In this document: piece after piece, positions 1-11,114 of the stretch
How the letters are laid out: every line of letters begins with the position of its first letter
How positions within the stretch are numbered: the stretch's first letter is position 1
Source of the DNA: Octopus sinensis
Taxonomy: Eukaryota
NCBI RefSeq assembly: GCF_006345805.1
Contig: NC_042997.1
Coordinates: 80,786,001 to 80,850,000 of the forward strand
Direction of reading: 5' to 3'
DNA length: 64,000 nucleotides
The notes under the pieces: model-generated
Databases searched by the model: none
Seen by the model: the letters and a program-made list of their open reading frames with translations, nothing else
What the model was told of the DNA's origin: nothing
Position numbers and translations under genes: made by a program

Positions 1-817
1 AATCGACTCAACTACCTATATACAATTCATAAATTAAACTCATAAACAGAATTAATTTCATGATTGAAAATGCTAGAATTTTATAAAATTGTTTTAACAC
101 AAATATAGCTGCCATTGAGATAACTAGATTTTGATAAGCAGATTTTTACAGTACAGCCAATGAGGGAAAATGACATACAAGAGGACATTTGGGAAGAAAG
201 CCAATGTTGAAAGGAACTGAAAAGAAATATGAAGGAAGCCAATGAGCAATATCTGCAATAAATGGTCATGATCAGTAAAGGGGACACTGTTACATGTGTA
301 GTTGGAAGAAATTCAGCTATGAAAGCAATACAATCAATAAGCCCCCAATAAATTTAATGCCAAATTGAGAAAGTATATTATATATGAACTAATATTTCTG
401 TTATTAAAACAATGGTGCAGCAAGACTGTGGTTAAGAAGTATTATAAAAAAAATCAACAAGATCTAAACTTAAATTCTCCATGAGCATCAATGTACTCTC
501 ACTCAAGATAGATACTGTTAGTTTATGTTAGATAGATTAAATTCAGTAACAAGTCACAAAATAAAAAAATCTCAAAAATGTCCTAAACTCGAATAATTCT
601 AAACCTAATCTAAGTTCACCATCATCCTCTTTTTAGCATCTTTTCTATGCTTGCATAGGTCAGATTCATTCAGGTAGTATTTTCTATAGCAGATACCTGT
701 TGCCTTTTTCAAACAAGGTAATCATCATCATCATCTTACAGTTCTATATTTAAAAGATGAGGAATTATGTACATTATTTACAATTGATGGATATTTGTCA
801 TCATCTTGTTTGTTGTT

Positions 818-863
818 AACACAACGTTTCGGCTGATATACCCTCCAGCCTTCATCAAGTGGC
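818..863 (-). ncRNA. Type I hammerhead ribozyme, near-intact (C3U)
   Basis: Minus strand: gccac TTGATGA a GGCTG-gagggtatat-CAGCC GAAAC GTT gtgtt. The mate at 1048-1086 (+) reads gacac CTGCTGA...cagcc AAAAC ATT gtgtt. The consensus of the two restores stem I gacac/gtgtt and the canonical core. Confidence 0.65.
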
Positions 864-894
864 TTGGGGAAATTTCAAACCTGGGTTCTCCCAT

Positions 895-967
895 GGGCAT
901 ATGGCTTAGTGGTTAAGAGCATGGGCTACTAACCCCAAAATTCTGAGTTCGGTTCCAGGCAGTGACC
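895..967 (+). mobile_element. tRNA-derived Pol III head (SINE-like) followed by an (AAT)n linker
   Basis: A box TGGCTTAGTGG (902-912) and B box GAGTTCGGTTCC (945-956) at tRNA spacing. The cloverleaf is imperfect and the anticodon would be ACT, so it is not a functional tRNA. Confidence 0.75.
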
Positions 968-1563
968 TGAATAATAATATTAATAATAATAACAACAACG
1001 TCGAAAAATACCTTAGGAATTATAACCCGGGTTCGAAATTTCCCCAAGACACCTGCTGAAGGGTATATCAGCCAAAACATTGTGTTAACAACAAACAAGA
1101 TGAGGATAAATATCCAGCAATTGTAAATAATGTAAGGCAATATTTCTCAGACTATCAAACAACAAACAACCCAGACACACCTATACCTATATTGACTATG
1201 ATAAAATCCAAAGAAAATAAATTCCTAACTACAAAGTCACTGGTATCCATGTACGCACGCATGTGTGTGTATGTGTATATATATATATACAGTAAGCCCT
1301 CGATTATCACAGGTATTATGTTCCAAAACATCCAACGATAGGTGAAAATCTGCAAAGTAGAAACAATACTGTATATTTTTTTTTAATTTTTGTTTATATA
1401 TATTTTATTATAAATGCAAAACACTACCATGAAGGAATCGACATAAGCTTAAGTAATGAATCACAATATGGCAAGGGGGTTACGGTAGTGTATTGTTCTG
1501 TGATAGTGGACTCAAAAAGAAACAAAAAGCACTCCATCCAGTGAGAAAAATATCATTATATTA

Positions 1564-1771
1564 ACCACGGGATTTCAATGTGAGCTGCTTTAAGTTTCAT
1601 GCTCTGACAGTTCAGTAGTTAGACGAGCATGTATTAGAATGATGTGTCCTATCCTGTAATCTTTTAATCGAAAAGACTGCAGGATAGCACAAAGTAAATT
1701 ATACAAGCTTAATCTACTATTGTTCTATCAGCGCATGAAACTTATAGCAGCTCACATTTAAATCCCTTGTT
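1564..1771. mobile_element. TA-flanked MITE (Tc1/mariner-type)
   Basis: ~45-bp imperfect TIRs (gggatttcaatgtgagctgc..aagtttcatgc / gcatgaaactt..gcagctcacatttaaatccc), TA on both sides, internal hairpin ctatcctg/caggatag. Confidence 0.65.
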
Positions 1772-2556
1772 TATTTAAACAGCTGTTATCCTACAGAAGT
1801 CACTTGGTTAAATAAATATATACTCAACTATCAAACTTATTGACTTTATGTAATATATATGAGAATGAGTGAATGTGTGTGTGCATGTTCAACAACTGAC
1901 AACAATAAAATATGATTGTTGCAGTCTGAAGTAAATAATTCGGTAAATGCAGCTGTTCAACATAAAAAATGAATTGTAAACAACCAAATCATTATATTGT
2001 CAAAATATTTCAAAAAAGGGACATCCAATAAGTTAAAAAAAAATTTTTTAATCAGTGAGAAAATTTAGACACTAGTTTTTCTAAATTGTTAAAAAGTCTC
2101 TTGAAAGTGATTACCGAAAGAGCACTCCCATTTACTAAATATGATATAAGCACTAAGAAATTTTTTTTGTTTTTACTACCGATCAACTTATATTTTTATA
2201 AAAGCAACATTAAAATATGGTGAATCTCAAGAACAATTAACATTCTTTCAGTTAAATTTATTTACTTTCATATCTTGAAAGAAGTAAAACAATTGAAAGG
2301 TTTTTATTTTCCATTTGTTCTGTGAACAGGTAAACAGTTTCTGAAACAATTGCCTTCAAGATAATTCAACAAAGAAATACCAAAATTCCTATCTATCCAA
2401 GTTACAAATATAATTAAATCTTTTTCTCAGAGAAGCATTAGTTACAGTCAAATGTATATAGTATATGAATTTGTAAGGTATTAAACTGGAGGCCAAATCC
2501 CAGTAATGTATTGCATATACAATTATAACACAACAGAAAATGTGAAATATCCTCAC

Positions 2557-2601
2557 TTTTTTTATGGAATTATCTATATTCATAAGGACATCAGCCTTTT
2601 G
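2557..2601 (-). CDS. Possible small coding exon (QKADVLMNIDNSIKK) of the minus-strand gene
   Basis: Acceptor ttttcaaag| and donor AAA|GTGAGG. It is 45 nt, phase 0/0 and in frame after the ATG exon at 3191. No homology recognised. Confidence 0.2.
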
Positions 2602-3190
2602 CTTTGAAAATTTACAAAATTATCAGGCAGATTTTTGTTGTTTTTTCTATGAAATTCTGATTCAAGCAAAATAAACATTAAAATATACAAGGAAACAAAA
2701 ATATATGAAGACAAACCCATACAAAATTTATAAAACAAATGCTTATTCACAAAAGGAATTCAAAACTATGTAACAAATCCAAGTATAAGACTATTTATCA
2801 TCAGAGTTCTATATTTATTCTTTACTTGGTTTTCCCTCGCACTTCTATTTATACAGTATAATTCTCATACAATTATTTTTAATTATTATAGTTTTTTTCT
2901 TCTTCTTTCTCCACATATGTTTAAGGCTATCCCACTGCTTGCAAACAAAAATCAGATTTCCCTCAAAGCATTCAAATCAATTTAGTGAAATTACTTTGTC
3001 TCGAAATTGTTTTTCTTCAATTGTGATTAACAATAGCTGCTAGGTTTTTATTTTCCTTCAAAAAAGAATGAAACTTCAGCTATTTGAAATTTTTTTAGAA
3101 TACTCCATTCATACACTCCTTCACTTTCACTAAAGTAAATCAAACTTGTCTCAAGGGTGTTGACACTTGTTAAGTGATCTCAATTCTTAC

Positions 3191-3250
3191 CATGGCGTTT
3201 TTCTTTTTTTTTTTTAATCCTATCTCAGTCAGGTTTCAGCTCATCACCTG
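3191..3250 (-). other. Probable 5'UTR exon ending in the initiator ATG
   Basis: Minus strand: gtttttatctgTAG|CAG (NAGNAG acceptor) ... aaacgccATG|GTAAGA (consensus donor, Kozak-like GCC before ATG). Confidence 0.5.
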
Positions 3251-4983
3251 CTACAGATAAAAACCACAATTCTCAACTAGCTTCCTTCAGTTTACCTTAA
3301 GAGACCTCAACGAAGTACAAAGTCAATAATTACTCCTACTTTACAAACATCGTTTGGTGGTTATTTGTAACTGCCATGTTAGAGCTATGCACAACTTCAC
3401 TCTAAATTCTTCCCAAAATACTACAATGCAAATGGTAGACGTTATGAATAACAATATCAAAACATGTTGGCTGGTGTTTTCCTGAACCAAACTGAAGATG
3501 TGTGTGTGTCTGTATGATATATATATATATATATATACCATACAGACACACACACCACCTGTGTATATGGAATATAATGCCTTTCATGCGACAATGTTTG
3601 TGCGCATAAAGAACCACGTAAACAAATAGAAAAATAACCGTTCTTCAAATTCCTGGAAGTTGTTAGATTTTCGAAATCTATACGAATGGAGAACAAAATC
3701 CAGCAAAAAAGGCAGACTAACTATCGCAAATATTATTACAAGGGTAAATTAGACTACCGCCATCAGATACAATGTAAAAGACAAAAAAAAGTATTATATA
3801 CGAAATAGACAATTTAAAATATCAGGCGTATGTAATTTATTTCAGTAAAATGCTTGCTATTAATAAGGCATTTAAATAGTACCTTCAAGGAATAAGGTTG
3901 ATTTACTAAATAAAAAAAAAAATTAAGAAAAATACGATTCTAATAAAATAATTCTAAAAGAAACTCAAGAAATGGTCAACAATATAAAATAACAACAGGT
4001 GTGTGTTTCAAACAAACTTTCTCCAAATCTCCCACATGCATAATAGCTCCAGTAAAGATTTGATATTATTTATAAACAGTGGTTCTACAATATATCACTT
4101 GGTATCGTAAACCAGAGCTCTCTATGCTAGAAAAAGCAACTAAATTTCTATCAAACTCTACTATCTTAGACAATGGAAAGCCATAAAAGATAAAGAAATC
4201 CTAGATGCTACCAAAAAGTGCAGACGGTAGTGGTTGGAATGCCTTTACTCCTAAATCTGTTTGGTCAGGTGAGCAACCACAATTTGGCACCGTATAAACA
4301 CATCATTCACGTTAAGCCGTATAGTTGTGGCTCTTTATATTTACTCATGATACAAAAATATCGAACATCAGCTAATCAATGGGGGAGAGGGAGAGGTTCT
4401 GCAAAGATGCTTCACTTGTTAGAAATAACAGGTAAATTTTCCTAAAATCACACCTTACTGTCTTGAAAATGTAAAAAAAAAATAAATAAAAAGAGATGGC
4501 CACCACCATAATATTGCTGATCATTTGTCTGCTCGATCATGGCTGACCTGAGGTTAAACAGCTTCCACATAGTCGTTCGTGTTACGAGAAATAGCAGCAA
4601 ATTCTCCTTCAGATCACACTCTATAACTTAAATTAAAGAAACATTCACACACTTTGGTCCTAGAGACAATTATAATGCCTTCGATTAGAGATCTGCTAAA
4701 TGAAGGCTTAGCTCGGACAAAAGAACTCCTATTTTTTGCACAGACAGGAAATACCAGGAAAACGAATTTATGTAAATAGCATAATTTTGTTGATATGTTC
4801 GCAATATGAAATCGTTATAAAATTTTTAAAAATCCTTATATATTCTGTCTATGTAAATGGTTTGCAAATGTTCTGTTCTAATGAGTCACAGCTCAAATCA
4901 AGAAAGCATTGCAAACATGCGTAAGTGTATATATGAGCGCGCACTCATAGACATTATTGCAATACGTATTTGACACACACCAA

Positions 4984-5038
<55 letters not shown>

Positions 5039-7036
5039 CGCACACAGGTTATACATACGTCAAGTGCGCATACACAATATGCATATATCTTTAAATAAAC
5101 AGGATACATTTTCGAATTAGATAACATTGCAGATGAAGAGTGAGATAACATTAAGTAAACATAGAATCAATTCAAGAAAAACCTTTACGGAATGTCTTAA
5201 TGAAGTCGACACACTGAAAGCGCTTGTGTTGTTGTTTAGCCCTAGGACACCTTTTTAGAACAGACTTATGATCGAGGGTGTTCCTGCCTTAACTATCCTG
5301 TGATTGTTTTGCAGAAATCATAGCTAAGAATACACCAACCTATATTTTCTTCATATTTTAGATAGTAAGGGTAAAATTTTAATGAAACTTAGATTCTGTT
5401 TCTAACAAGTCAAGTAACCAAGTAGATGTCACTGGCTCGTAAAATACTTGTATTTGTCAGTGTATACACAGAGGTTTGTCGTATTCATAATTAACAATCA
5501 CAATTACTCAAGGGTGTAAAAACATTGTCAACAGTATAACATGCATAGCAATCGAGAAAATAACATTTTATACGAAAGAACCAGACTGTTAATGAAGAAA
5601 CAGTGTATTAATTATGAAGCATAAATGTTAGTAGACACCTTGTGGATCAATAAATTTATCAGTAAAGGATGATACGTTTTGAAAATGTAGAAAGTTCAAG
5701 ACTTAATCAAAACAGCAAAAGAAATTCTGAAATTCAACTGAAAATAAAATTCGAGGCTCCAATTAGAAATGTAATCGCCATGGGACGGTGCTGTGAATAC
5801 ATATTAAGTCAACGTTGGTAATGAAAATATAACTTAATGAGATTTTATATATACATATATCTGAAATTAGCCAGAAATTTAGGTGTTGTACATTTGCGCA
5901 CAAAAGGCAAGGGTGAGAAAAATACAGATTCTTTCACAAGTAAAATATTCCTTAGAAAAAAAAAAGAGCGAATGCACGCAAGTGTTAAGATGAAAGTATC
6001 ATGGGACCCGAAAAGCGTTACTATAGCACTAGCAAACATGCTCAGCAACAAACTGATCTACTTATAAAATTGATCTAACAGAAGTGTCTGCATAAAAATA
6101 TCAAATAAAATAAAAACTAAGAGACAACTAATGACTGCTTAAAAATAAATCATGTGTATGTGTAATACAATTGTTGGTTCTCCCCTATTCCATCAATGGT
6201 AACATACCTTCTTCCAATTTGTTCCGTAAGTTATTTCACTGTAAATATGAACTAACGGTTGTATGCAGAAAAAGGATGGACAGAAGAAGAAATGGAAAAC
6301 AGCAGGAAGAATTTATAGTTCTAAAAATGGAATGTTCAACGAGTATAGCTATATAAGTTTGCAGAGCAAGTATGTATATATACAACACTAATAACTGTTC
6401 TAGTAGTACATAGCTGAATGAACGGGGACAGTAAACAACAGTAGTAGCAATGCAATATATACGAGTACATAATGAAATTCTTTACCAAAAAAAAATGTGT
6501 CAATTTTCTTTCCTTTCCTATTTCATTCTTTTCGTTTCGTTATTATTATTTTTTTAGCAATATGATAATAGCAATAACGGGTTTCCTTAACAGTAATTCA
6601 GATAATCTAAATATTTATACACCTTCATACCATGCACGCAACCCGGTCACGTTACATCAGTCTAAAATGAGGATATCAACAACACAAAAGCATAAAACGT
6701 TCTTCTAAATTGCATTATTTTCATAAATGAAACAACACGGAAAAGAAGAACAACAAAGTAGACATCGAAATAGCTAAGCTAACTGAAGTTTCAGTTTGAT
6801 ATATACAAATGTATATATTTATATTTTCATCTACAACACAAGCGAACGGAACGATGGAAGGACAGAAATGTGGTCTGTTGAGTATCACTTGCTTTCGAAC
6901 ATCTCATAACCAGTAACGAACAGGCTTTTGTCAGTTTATAAAAAGTCACAAGCTTCTGTAACTGCGTTTTAAAAATAAACCTCTTATACTATATCATAGC
7001 TTTAACGATAAGTGTAGTCAAAAACAATTCACCTAC

Positions 7037-7079
7037 CTTGACAGCTTCAAACAAATCCGAGTACTCGCTGGAGAAAGAA
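7037..7079 (-). other. Probable first (non-coding) exon of a minus-strand gene; the 5' limit is approximate
   Basis: Donor gtcAAG|GTAGGT at 7037/7036, immediately downstream (minus sense) of the promoter motifs. Confidence 0.45.
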
Positions 7080-7106
7080 ACGGAAGTGACGTCAATCACA
7101 GGAAGT
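7080..7106. promoter_or_regulatory. ETS-CRE composite promoter element plus a second ETS site
   Basis: ACGGAAGTGACGTCA (7080-7094: ETS CGGAAGTG overlapping the palindromic CRE TGACGTCA) and CAGGAAGT (7099-7106). It lies in a locally CpG-retaining stretch (~6.77-7.1 kb) of an otherwise CpG-poor window. Confidence 0.65.
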
Positions 7107-7656
7107 AACATATTAAAGCATGTCAGTAGTATATGAGAAACTAAATTAGGTTCCAACTAGATGCAGACCAACTTTGATGTGGCTTATCATTGCAGATCAA
7201 TTTAATGTAAAGTTGAGGGTTTTCCCTCGAGAATTTTTCCCCATTTCGAAATTTAGTCTCTGTTGTTTTCTTGTAATTTACTTTCAATTAATTTGATAGA
7301 AACATAAACACAATTTCACTGAAGAAACCTCTTCAAATGATTCATATTTCCATTAGTATAAAAAGGGACATTGAACCACACCCAAGTGAATCTTCCTATT
7401 CTCTTATCCAATATTTATGTTATGGGATAGCTGCAAGCATAGCTATAACTTAAGTTATGGAGATGTTGGATTATTAATTCAAAGATTCTAAATTCAAATT
7501 CTGTCACATTAATTATTTTGTTTGAATCAAGTACATTATTCTACCAATCTTTGTTCACTTTAGCCGAAAGATAAGCAATTACAGTTTTTTACAAAGTAGC
7601 TTCATATATATATATATATATATCATCAGAAAATGGAGAAAAACAAATTGGACAAC

Positions 7657-8145
7657 ATCTGTAGATTTTTTTTTTTTAATACAGAACATGACATAACAAT
7701 TCTTACAGCCATTTCTACTTCCCATGTCAGTTGGTGCCTACGAAAGAATTACAAAAATAATATTCTTCATCGTCATAGGATATTCAAATTAGAACATGGA
7801 GCTTTACCAGAATGAATACTAAAGCATCCAAAAAATAAATAAATGGAAGAGGGAATAGGAAAGAAACATGACCTCAAGAAAAAGCCAGAAAATTTTCATC
7901 TATTGAGCCTCTCAAGGTCATATTTCTTTGCTATTCTCTCTTCCATTTGTTTATTTTTTTGATGCTTTTGAATTCACTCTGATGAAACTCCATGTTTTGT
8001 TTTGAATATCCTATGAAGATAAAGAATATTATTTTCGTAATTTTTTCATAGACACCAACTGACATTGGCAGTGGAAACAGCCATAAGAATTGTTAGGTCA
8101 CAGAAATGTTATGTCATGTTTTGTATTAAAAAATAATCTACAGAT
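7657..8145. repeat. ~490-bp decayed palindrome with a hammerhead remnant in each arm (Penelope-like)
   Basis: Arms of ~220 bp are reverse complements, roughly 80% identical by eye. The right arm has CTGATGA (7979-7985)...GAAAC AGCC ATA AGAATT (8074-8091). Confidence 0.7.
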
Positions 8146-8200
8146 ATGGTGACTATGAAACACAGGCAGCACACTGAGAACTATCTCCCCCAGCACAAGT

Positions 8201-8520
8201 TTTGAAGTAATTCTTCAACTCCAGGAAATGTTGCACGTGCATAACTCTTACGTCAAGAGCTTTAAGTATGCCTTGGAATTTCCATCAGTGCTGGACTTCA
8301 CAGTGGTTATTGACACTGACAAACGGCCGGCAAACGAGCACTAACCACCTCCAGTGATAATGCAACCTGTTCCACCAATTTGCTGGTGATGTTTGTGCAA
8401 AAATGGAATTTGAGATGTTATCCTATATCAGGTTTGACTAGCAGAAACTTCGATCAGACAGTTACATCCATCTTAGGGATGGTCTCAGCAATGATGTATC
8501 ACCCAGAGGGTTGGATCAGG
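8201..8520 (+). pseudogene. Helitron RepHel N-terminal fragment
   Basis: FEVILQLQEMLHVHNSYVKSFKYALE...VVIDTDKRPANEH* followed by frameshifted AGD...RDVIL and VSAM motifs. These match the Helitron LQxMLHxxNxYVxxFK...DKRPxGEH region. Confidence 0.7.
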
Positions 8521-8598
8521 TGTGCATCTTGCCGTCATCTTTCACTGGCGGTCCACAACCAGTACTTAACACAACAAGACATATACAAAGCTTTACAT

Positions 8599-8646
8599 TT
8601 TACTTTTGACAATCTTTTTCTAGAAAAGTGAAACCGGTCAAGTGAA
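8599..8646 (+). ncRNA. Decayed type I hammerhead ribozyme
   Basis: tttactt TTGACAA tctttttc-ta-gaaaagt GAAAC CG GTC aagtgaa. Stem I is 7 bp, stem III is the palindrome ACCGGT, the triplet is GUC, and the core differs from CTGACGA at two positions. Confidence 0.55.
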
Positions 8647-8737
8647 TAAACATCATTAAAATTGTATTTTCAAACCTTCTTTCATATATATTTCCACTTG
8701 TGCGGTACCTTATAATTTCACTTTGTTATATATATAT

Positions 8738-9136
8738 CTCTTTTACTCTTTTACTTGTTTCAGTCATTTGACTGTGGCCATGCTGGAGCACCGCCTTTAG
8801 TCGAGCAAATCGACCCGGGACTTATTCTTTGTAAGCCCAGCACTTATTCTATCGGCCTCTTTTGCCGAACCACTAAGTGACGGGGATGTAAACACACCAG
8901 CATCGGTTGTCAAGCAATGCTAGGACAAACACAGACACACAAACACATACACACACATATATATACATATACACGACAGGCTTCTTTCAGTTTCCGTCTA
9001 CCAAATCCACTCACAAGGCTTTGGTCGGCCTGAGGCTATAGCAGAAGACACTTGCCCAAGATGCCACGCAGTGGGACTGAACCCGGAACCATGTGGTTGG
9101 TAAGCAAGCTACTTACCACACAGCCACTCCTGCGCC
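8738..9136 (-). mobile_element. tRNA-derived SINE (octopus OK/OR-like), full length
   Basis: Minus strand begins ggcgcaggagtggctgtgtggtaag (A box)...ggttcagtccc (B box). Central cttgggcaagtgtcttctgctatagc domain. Tail gctccagcatggccacagtcaaatgactgaaac(aagtaaaagag)n. Confidence 0.85.
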
Positions 9137-10145
9137 ATCCCATAAGTTCTGTCCAATTTAACCTTTTTAAAATTGCATGAAATTTAATCATATTTTAGAA
9201 TGTCTAATGGAATTAAAAATTATTTTTATGCATTTCTGTACATTTTAGCTAATTAAATATTATTTTACAGAATAATAGGATTAAAATTTCTTTCATTAAA
9301 ACCCTTTTTGACATGGGAGTATCCAAAGAGCATTTGAGGCACATAATGCTTTATGAGTACAAAAAACGAAACTCTGCAGCCGAAGCAACTCGAAACGTAC
9401 ACCCAGTTTATGGGAAAGAATGCTTGAATGAAAGAACTTGCAGAAGATGGTTAGCAAAATTCAGAAGTGGAAATTTCAGCATTTGAAGATGAAGATCAAA
9501 CAGGACGTCCAGTTGAGTTTGATGATAAGCTCCTTGAGGCATTACTTGAAGAAAATGCTGCATTATCAGTTGAAAAATTAGCAATAAAGTTTAGTTCAAA
9601 CCATACAACTGTTCATTGTCCTCTTCAACAACTTGAAAGGTTCCTAAACTTGGAAAATGGGTGCCTCATGAATTGACTGAAAGCAACCACAAATCCCGAG
9701 TTGACATCTGCTCTTCTCTCCATTATCGCGAACTCATTTCACCCTTTTTGGATAGACTTGTGACTGGTGATGAAAAATGGATCTTCTATCGAAATGTCGT
9801 AAACAGTGGCTTGGTAAAAGGGATAAAGCTCAACCACAAATGAGAAGGGAACTTCATGGGAAAAAGGTTCTTCTCTCTATCTGTTGGGATTGCAAAGGGG
9901 TAATTCACTTTGAATTGTTACCACCTAATGCAACAATCAATGCTCAAGTCTACTGTCAGCAATTAGAGCATTTGAACAAAGCTTTGAAGGAAAAAGGCCC
10001 ACTTTAGTGAATCAAAAAGGAGTGATGTTTCATCAGGACAATGCATGACTCCACACTGCAAAGATTACATCACAGCAGATCGAAGAGCTTGACTGTGAAA
10101 AAATTCCTCATCCACCTTATTCTCCTTCAGACTACCATTTGTTTC
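9137..10145 (+). mobile_element. Mariner transposon, 3'-truncated, transposase pseudogene (ATG at 9313)
   Basis: Partial TIR atcccataagttctgtcc. Peptides MGVSKEHLRHIMLYEY, WVPHELTE, LVTGDEKWIFY and HQDNA, with frameshifts. Same family as 61988-63259. Confidence 0.9.
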
Positions 10146-10547
10146 GTGTGTGTGTGTGTGTGTTTATATGTATGTTGGGGCGCGCGCGCGTGTATATATG
10201 TGTGCGTGTACAATTTTCAATATTTATAGTTCTGCTGGCCTTGTGCCTGTATCGGGAAGCAACGTGTTTGTGTGAAGTCAATATTTACAGACATTTCCAA
10301 AAAATAGTGTTGGATGTTTTGCACCCGTATTCAATTATGTGTATGTGTGGAACACACACACACACACACACGCGCGCGCATACACATACATACATACAGC
10401 TCTTCCTGTCCTAAAGGAACTTACTTATCCAGCTCAAATTCAGTCAAGCGGAAAATACACTCCCCAAGCTATTTAAAATATCCACATGACATCTACTGAC
10501 CAGCCTGAACAATAAGAATTTTCAACAATGCTATTTTCGAAAATTCT

Positions 10548-10803
10548 AAACATTCACATGACCTCTCTATTATGACCACATCCACGTGACCTCTTTATTA
10601 TGACCAATAAGAAATTTTAGGCGCGACACTAGCCAAATTTTAACTTCTCTGGAGCCTTTTTTCTTACCCCAACACCAACTTCCATTCAAACATTCACGTG
10701 ACCCCTTCATAATGACCAATCAAAATTGTATTGACCATTGTCCACAAGAAATTTTAGGCGCGAAACCAAGCAAATCCAAAACAACTCTGGAGCCTCTTTT
10801 TTC
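10548..10803. promoter_or_regulatory. Duplicated E-box/CCAAT/E2F-like motif module (period ~140 bp)
   Basis: Two units, each with CAC(A/G)TGAC, (G)ACCAAT, aaattttaGGCGCGA and ctctggagcc. Confidence 0.35.
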
Positions 10804-11114
10804 ACATATAAGAGACAGCAAACCCAACATAAAGTCAGATAAGAGGAAAAAATCTATCAGAAAGGAACTCTAATCTCTCTTTAAAAAATATATTTTGATA
10901 AGCATAACAAATGCGCAACCGGTAAAAAGAACTTTCACCTAATTAAATTACTTAAATTATTTTGTCAGCATTTTCTTCATTTCCTTTTTTATATATCACA
11001 ACTCATGTTCCACATCTCCTTTTTTAAATATATATATATATATATATATACATATATATACATATATGTATATATATGTATATATATATATATATATACA
11101 TATATATATACATA

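Larger units (their letters stand above)
739..1134. mobile_element. Penelope-like non-autonomous fold-back element (hammerhead-bearing arms around a tRNA-like head)
   Basis: Inverted repeat 770-890 vs 1023-1134 (tacattatttacaattg...aaatttc/gaaattt...caattgtaaataatgta). Both arms contain a decayed CTGATGA-stemII-GAAAC motif. Confidence 0.7.

Noticed and set aside
100-340. Possible decayed coding fragment (RENDIQEDIWEESQC*KELKRNMKEANEQYLQ*)
   Set aside because: It contains several stops and no motif I can assign with confidence.
895-967. Functional tRNA gene
   Set aside because: The acceptor and anticodon stems are imperfect, the anticodon would be ACT, and it is embedded in a repeat, so it is treated as a SINE head.
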